From Opitutales bacterium (GTDB taxonomy: Bacteria > Verrucomicrobiota > Verrucomicrobiia > Opitutales > JABSRG01), in NCBI GenBank assembly GCA_049599475.1, contig JBMYOQ010000109.1:1-10909 (forward strand): a stretch of 10,909 nt of DNA, read 5' to 3'. Both the position numbers and the translations under genes were made by a program. Below, piece after piece: positions 6,692 to 10,909 of the stretch (positions are counted from its first letter, which is position 1; the number at the start of each line of letters is the position of its first letter). The notes beneath the pieces are model-generated. The model did not search any database and was not told where the DNA came from. It saw nothing but the letters and a program-made list of their open reading frames with translations.

Positions 6692-7789
6692 TCATTTCGA
6701 AGAGGGATCTGCATTTGTGTAGGTGCCTTGGTCGACTGAATACCTTACCCATTCATTCGCCTTTTCGCTCTTTGGAAATTCCGTGCCTGTGGCCAAAATT
6801 TGTAGGCCTTCCCATTGGTCGGAGAGCCTCCAAAAGCGTTCACGACGTGAGGCATCCAGCTCTGTTAAAATATCATCTGCGAGGAGCACCGGAAGTAGCC
6901 CCGTTTGCTCGCATACCCAGCGTAACTCAGCGAAACGAAGCGCTAGGACGAGTCCACGCTGTTGCCCTTCGGAGCCATGCGAGGATGCCAGCTGGCCGTC
7001 GAGCAAGAGGCGCAGCTCGTCGCGATGTGGGCCCTTTTGAGTCGCCCCAAGAAAGCGATCGCGCTCCTTGGACTGCTCAACCATTTCAGCCCATTCAGCT
7101 TCATTATCGGTGCTTACGGAAGGCACGTATTTTAACCCCGGGACTTCTTTTCCATCCGCCAACTCTCCATAGGTGTCCTGCATCACAGAGCCCAACTGCT
7201 GAATTGCGCGAGCACGCTCTTGTGTGAGCTTCACTGATACGGGCACCCAGATTTTATCAAAGGCCGCGAGTTCGGCGTCGGAGCGTCCGCGCTTAAGCAG
7301 CTGGTTGCGCTCAAGAAGTGTCTTTTGAAAACGTTGAAAGGTGTTCAAATATTCGATACTCGAGCCGGCTAGGACCATATCCAAGAATCGACGTCGCTCC
7401 GCCGGCCCACCCCGAATCAATTGAATATCCTGCGATGCCATTGTGACTGAGGGAAACTGACCAATATAAGATGATAGGCGCTTTATAGGCTCTCCATCGA
7501 CGGCCACTCGGCGTGCCCGTTTTTCCAATACAACTGAGACGCTTGTCTCTCCTTGGACATCGTGCTCCCAGGCAGCTTGAATACTCGCAGTCTCCTTCTC
7601 CTTTTGAATCAATATCGATCGATCAGAAATACGGAACGACCGCAGTGAATGAAGAAAGCTTACAGCTTCGAGCAGGTTCGTTTTTCCCTGGCCATTCAGG
7701 CCTTCAAAAAAGACACGCGGGTAGTCGCATTGGATCGCGGCATTCGCCACATTTCGAAACTGGAAAAGCCGGAGCGATCGAAGGCGCAT
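6692..7789 (-). CDS. recF: DNA replication and repair protein RecF
   Basis: 365 aa; FRN start motif, Walker A GLNGQGKTNLLEA, GGPAERRRFLD, GPHRDEL, signature GSEGQQR, Walker B/D-loop LLADDILTELD. Confidence 0.96.
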   Translation of the reverse strand: MRLRSLRLFQFRNVANAAIQCDYPRVFFEGLNGQGKTNLLEAVSFLHSLRSFRISDRSILIQKEKETASIQAAWEHDVQGETSVSVVLEKRARRVAVDGEPIKRLSSYIGQFPSVTMASQDIQLIRGGPAERRRFLDMVLAGSSIEYLNTFQRFQKTLLERNQLLKRGRSDAELAAFDKIWVPVSVKLTQERARAIQQLGSVMQDTYGELADGKEVPGLKYVPSVSTDNEAEWAEMVEQSKERDRFLGATQKGPHRDELRLLLDGQLASSHGSEGQQRGLVLALRFAELRWVCEQTGLLPVLLADDILTELDASRRERFWRLSDQWEGLQILATGTEFPKSEKANEWVRYSVDQGTYTNADPSSK

Positions 7790-7796
7790 TGAGCTC

Positions 7797-8582
7797 CTAA
7801 GGAATGCGCAATTTCTGGCCAGGCTTTAAATCAGCAGGCGAGCGCAAGAGGTCACGATTGGCATTAAATATATCCATGTAGCGTGTGGAGGTCCCATAGA
7901 CCTCTCTAGATATTTTCGATAAAGTATCCCCCGATTTTACTTCGTAGACACCCGCCTCTGCCGGAGACTGCGTAGCCTGGCTCGAGGATGTATTCTGCTG
8001 CGGGGCATTCCAGAAATCTGCCGCGGGTTGACCCCGGTTGGCATCCGCAGGGTTCGCAGCAATGGTTTCGCCCTGCGCCGCAGCAAGCGCATTCCCCAAG
8101 GCCTCTTTCTCCTGTCTTAGGGCCTGGACCTGTCGCTTAAGGCTCTTATTTTCATCTCTGAAATTGTCGAGCAGGTCGAGCAGATCAGTGCGGTTATTGC
8201 TGCTGAAAATCTGAGGAGACTCCAACTGCTGCAGAAACATCTTTTTGCCCGTTTCAATACGTTGACGAACACGATCTGCATTGTCTGAACCGGGTGCCTG
8301 CTCCAAAAAACGGGTATAATGGTAGATGGCTTGGATAGGATCTTTGATCTCTTCCAAAAAGATTTCACCAATTTCAAAATGAGTTTCGGGAGCTTCATCC
8401 CGCTTATCCAGCACTCTTAAAAACGCTGCGAGAGCCTCTTGCTTACGTCCTTGCGAGAGCAATTCGCGCCCGCGCTGAAAATTTGTCTCATCTATCTCAG
8501 AAACGACCGTAGGACTCGCCTGATCACAGCCTAGGAGCAGCATTGCGCTGATCACGGCCACTATTCTTCCCAATACCTGCAT
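7797..8582 (-). CDS. Predicted lipoprotein with TPR repeats, coiled coil and C-terminal LysM domain
   Basis: Lipobox LLLG-C; TPR-like helices (FQRGRELLSQGRKQEALAAF, HFEIGEIF..AIYHYTRFLEQAP); heptad segment; LysM YEVKSGDTLSKIS..LKPGQKLRIP. Confidence 0.85.
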   Translation of the reverse strand: MQVLGRIVAVISAMLLLGCDQASPTVVSEIDETNFQRGRELLSQGRKQEALAAFLRVLDKRDEAPETHFEIGEIFLEEIKDPIQAIYHYTRFLEQAPGSDNADRVRQRIETGKKMFLQQLESPQIFSSNNRTDLLDLLDNFRDENKSLKRQVQALRQEKEALGNALAAAQGETIAANPADANRGQPAADFWNAPQQNTSSSQATQSPAEAGVYEVKSGDTLSKISREVYGTSTRYMDIFNANRDLLRSPADLKPGQKLRIP

Positions 8583-8644
8583 CTACAAAAAAGCAACGCA
8601 CCCCGACCGGGATGACAAACTCTTTATCAAAATAAGAACTTTGA

Positions 8645-9451
8645 TTAACCGGTAATGCCGGTGATGAGCGTCTCAGCCTTCTCACGTAGAGAACTCACCA
8701 GAGCGGCCTGATCATCGGTGTTGGCACCGATGCAATTCACCAAAGCGCTCCCCACGATGACACCGTCCGCAATTTCCCCGACTTCACGCACGTGCTCGGG
8801 CTTAGAGATCCCAAATCCCACGGCGACAGGTAAATCGGTATGCTTACGGATGGTAGCTACACGCTCCGAGAGATCGGAAACCAGCGTCGCGCGCTCTCCG
8901 GTAACTCCCGCCCGCGATACGTAGTAGACGAAGCCCGTTGTTGCCTTGCAGATAGACTCAACGCGAGATTCTGGAGTGGTGGGCGCCACGATGAAGACAG
9001 TCGCCATCTCGTGTTTCTCACAAATTTCGAGAAATTCGCCAGCCTCCTCGGGCGGCAGGTCGAGCATCAAAATCCCGTCGACACCGGCCTCTTTGGCCAT
9101 CTTCACATACGACTCTTCGCCCTGAGAAAAAACCAGATTGTAGTAGGTGTAGAAGATGATGGGCAAGTCGGGAGCGTATTCACGCACAGCGCGCACTTGA
9201 TCAAATACACTTTCGTGCGTCGCACCACTCTCAAGGGCACGCTGCGCAGCGAGCTGATTCGTCAAACCATCAGCTAGTGGATCCGAAAAGGGTACGCCAA
9301 ATTCGATCAGATCCACCCCCGCATCAACCAATGCCTTGCTTGCGGCGAGACTACTCGCAGCATCCGGATCGCCCGCGCAGATATATGCGATAAACGCAGC
9401 GCGCTTCTCCTGTGCAGTCCTTTCAAAAAGAGCAGAAATTCGTTGAGGCAT
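8645..9451 (-). CDS. trpA: Tryptophan synthase alpha subunit
   Basis: YICAGDP, IEFGVPFSDPLADG, DLPPEE, APTT, YYVSRAGVTG, VGFGIS, DGVIVGSA. Confidence 0.98.
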   Translation of the reverse strand: MPQRISALFERTAQEKRAAFIAYICAGDPDAASSLAASKALVDAGVDLIEFGVPFSDPLADGLTNQLAAQRALESGATHESVFDQVRAVREYAPDLPIIFYTYYNLVFSQGEESYVKMAKEAGVDGILMLDLPPEEAGEFLEICEKHEMATVFIVAPTTPESRVESICKATTGFVYYVSRAGVTGERATLVSDLSERVATIRKHTDLPVAVGFGISKPEHVREVGEIADGVIVGSALVNCIGANTDDQAALVSSLREKAETLITGITG

Positions 9452-9502
9452 TGATGAACCTCAACAAAGGGCATTCAGAAGCTCAACTCAAATTCGCACA
9501 GA

Positions 9503-10255
9503 TTAGGGCTCTGGCTGACCAAGATCTTCCTGCCCATTCAAGATTTTCTCTAATTCTGCCTCTACAAACCTCTCTGCATTCTTCTTGGTGCCGCGGATGG
9601 CCATCAATTCGCCCGAGTCCAGATTGATCGCGCAGACCACATAACCATAGTAGGCAGGCACAGGGTCAAAATGAAAGTGGGTATCGCCCGTCTGCAGATC
9701 CAGATAGACATCTATATACTGGCAATCGGCGATCTCTATCTGGCCCTGGGTCCCCGACAGGTAGACACCCATCAGCCGCGTCCGAACTTGCCCCGCAGTG
9801 GTCAGGGCTTCGACACGGACAGTCTTCCCTCGCATCGAAAAGGTTTCTAGCTTTGAACCCACGAAGATACGGCGAGATTCAAAAAAAGATAGGCCGGCAA
9901 ACAGGCCACTGAAAGGCGTATTCACCAGGACTTCGCGGTGCAATCGGCCTGAGTTTAGATCAAAGGACTTGGCATGCGTCTGGAGGGTCTCTGCCCGCAG
10001 CGTCACGCGATCAATGAACTTCCCAGGATGAATCGAACGGATATACGTTTGGTCTTTTTCACTAAAAGCAGAGATCGCACTTTTAAAAACTTTCTGGTCG
10101 GAGAATCTCAAAATCTCCACTTCGTTTTGATGCAGGCCCACAACCTCACCCTCAAAACTGCTGCTCATATCCGCCGAGTAAAACGTCCGAGCGTTCAAGC
10201 AAGCGGTGATAGCAAAAACGAAGAAGAACGACCTCACTGGATGATACCATGCCAT
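9503..10255 (-). CDS. Hypothetical secreted protein, probable N-terminal SHD1-like domain
   Basis: 250-aa ORF co-oriented with trpA; signal-peptide-like N-terminus (..ACLNA/RTF) followed by RTFYSAD..FEGEVV..V.ILR..SAFSEKDQTYIR, resembling SLA1-homology domain 1. Confidence 0.7.
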   Translation of the reverse strand: MAWYHPVRSFFFVFAITACLNARTFYSADMSSSFEGEVVGLHQNEVEILRFSDQKVFKSAISAFSEKDQTYIRSIHPGKFIDRVTLRAETLQTHAKSFDLNSGRLHREVLVNTPFSGLFAGLSFFESRRIFVGSKLETFSMRGKTVRVEALTTAGQVRTRLMGVYLSGTQGQIEIADCQYIDVYLDLQTGDTHFHFDPVPAYYGYVVCAINLDSGELMAIRGTKKNAERFVEAELEKILNGQEDLGQPEP

Positions 10256-10322
10256 CGTCCTAGAAAAAAGCGACTCTAAGTACGGGAATCCGAATTAAGG
10301 GCCCCCTTTCAGAAGCGTACAT

Positions 10323-10350
10323 AAAAAAAATCTCACAGCGTATGTGAGAC
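10323..10350 (-). terminator. Intrinsic terminator after tRNA-Gly
   Basis: On the - strand TCTCACA-TACGC-TGTGAGA followed by T8. Confidence 0.8.
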
Positions 10351-10358
10351 TCAAATAA

Positions 10359-10434
<76 letters not shown>

Positions 10435-10539
10435 TCGAAGTAAAAAGAGGAATCAATCGGACCTTCCTCGGCACGTCAAGTGAAAGCTGATAACAAGACT
10501 CAAAGAATTTTTATGCGGCTCTATTTCTGGCTTTGAGAA

Positions 10540-10586
10540 AATTTAATAAAAAAATCCTTGGCAGAACTCATCTCCGTCCTCATTTT
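10540..10586 (+). promoter_or_regulatory. Putative sigma70 promoter of tRNA-Tyr with A-rich UP element
   Basis: TTGGCA (10558-10563), 17 nt, CATTTT (10581-10586), preceded by AAATTTAATAAAAAAAT; 15 nt upstream of the tRNA. Confidence 0.5.
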
Positions 10587-10600
10587 CTGACGTTTCCTCT

Positions 10601-10691
<91 letters not shown>

Positions 10692-10696
10692 TTTCT

Positions 10697-10724
10697 AACC
10701 TCACTCACACGGTGAGGTTTTTTT
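10697..10724 (+). terminator. Intrinsic terminator after tRNA-Tyr
   Basis: AACCTCAC-TCACACG-GTGAGGTT followed by a T-run. Confidence 0.85.
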
Positions 10725-10775
10725 GTGCACTTTTTGGGGGTCATGGGCCCAATCTTTGAGGAAGAGCGAAATCAG

Positions 10776-10890
10776 GGTAACCGCCGATCTCCGAGCGGTG
10801 GATCCGGCGATTTCGCCAAGCTCTTACGCAGCACTCAGCCGCTCGGAGATCGGCTGCTACCGATGGCATCATCGTAAAGGTAGCGACATT
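10776..10890. repeat. REPIN-like doublet B (family 1; inverted copy of A) plus flanking TAAAGGTAGCGACATT motif
   Basis: Arms 10776-10798 and 10839-10861 are 21/23 inverted; 10775-10874 aligns to the reverse complement of 6128-6228 at 83/101 by hand; motif at 10875-10890. Confidence 0.85.
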
Positions 10891-10909
10891 CTAAAGCGGT
10901 TCGCGGCCC

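Noticed and set aside
6643..10279. Plus-strand ORFs opposite recF, trpA and the hypothetical gene (e.g. 6643-7227, 8840-9277, 9974-10279)
   Set aside because: Antisense shadows of confident or better-supported genes.
10450..10479. Promoter for tRNA-Gly (TTGACG on the - strand at 10479-10474)
   Set aside because: Good -35 but no convincing -10 at 16-18 nt spacing, so not called as a feature.

Overview
Bacterial chromosomal window, probably Verrucomicrobiota/PVC (inferred from the weak Shine-Dalgarno usage, an SHD1-like secreted protein and scattered trpA/recF; not proven). On the left, a repeat-rich leader (1-602) precedes a four-gene + strand operon: AbgT-family transporter, NCS2 xanthine/urate-type permease, 8-oxoguanine/isoxanthopterin-deaminase-like amidohydrolase and Tas-like aldo-keto reductase. 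A ~720-bp convergent intergenic region (5970-6691) is packed with three families of REP/REPIN-like palindromic doublets. Next comes a - strand run (hypothetical secreted protein, trpA, TPR-LysM lipoprotein, recF), a divergent tRNA-Gly(TCC)/tRNA-Tyr(GTA) pair with terminators, and a second, inverted REPIN copy. The most notable signals are: (i) a shared TAAAGGYAGCGHCATT motif 13-14 nt outside REPINs of different families, forming a TIR-like shell; (ii) two tandem REPINs whose spacer is inverted relative to their arms; (iii) an operon that could scavenge both halves of broken-down folate; (iv) a bacterial tRNA-Gly with an A73 discriminator. No transposase is present in the window.
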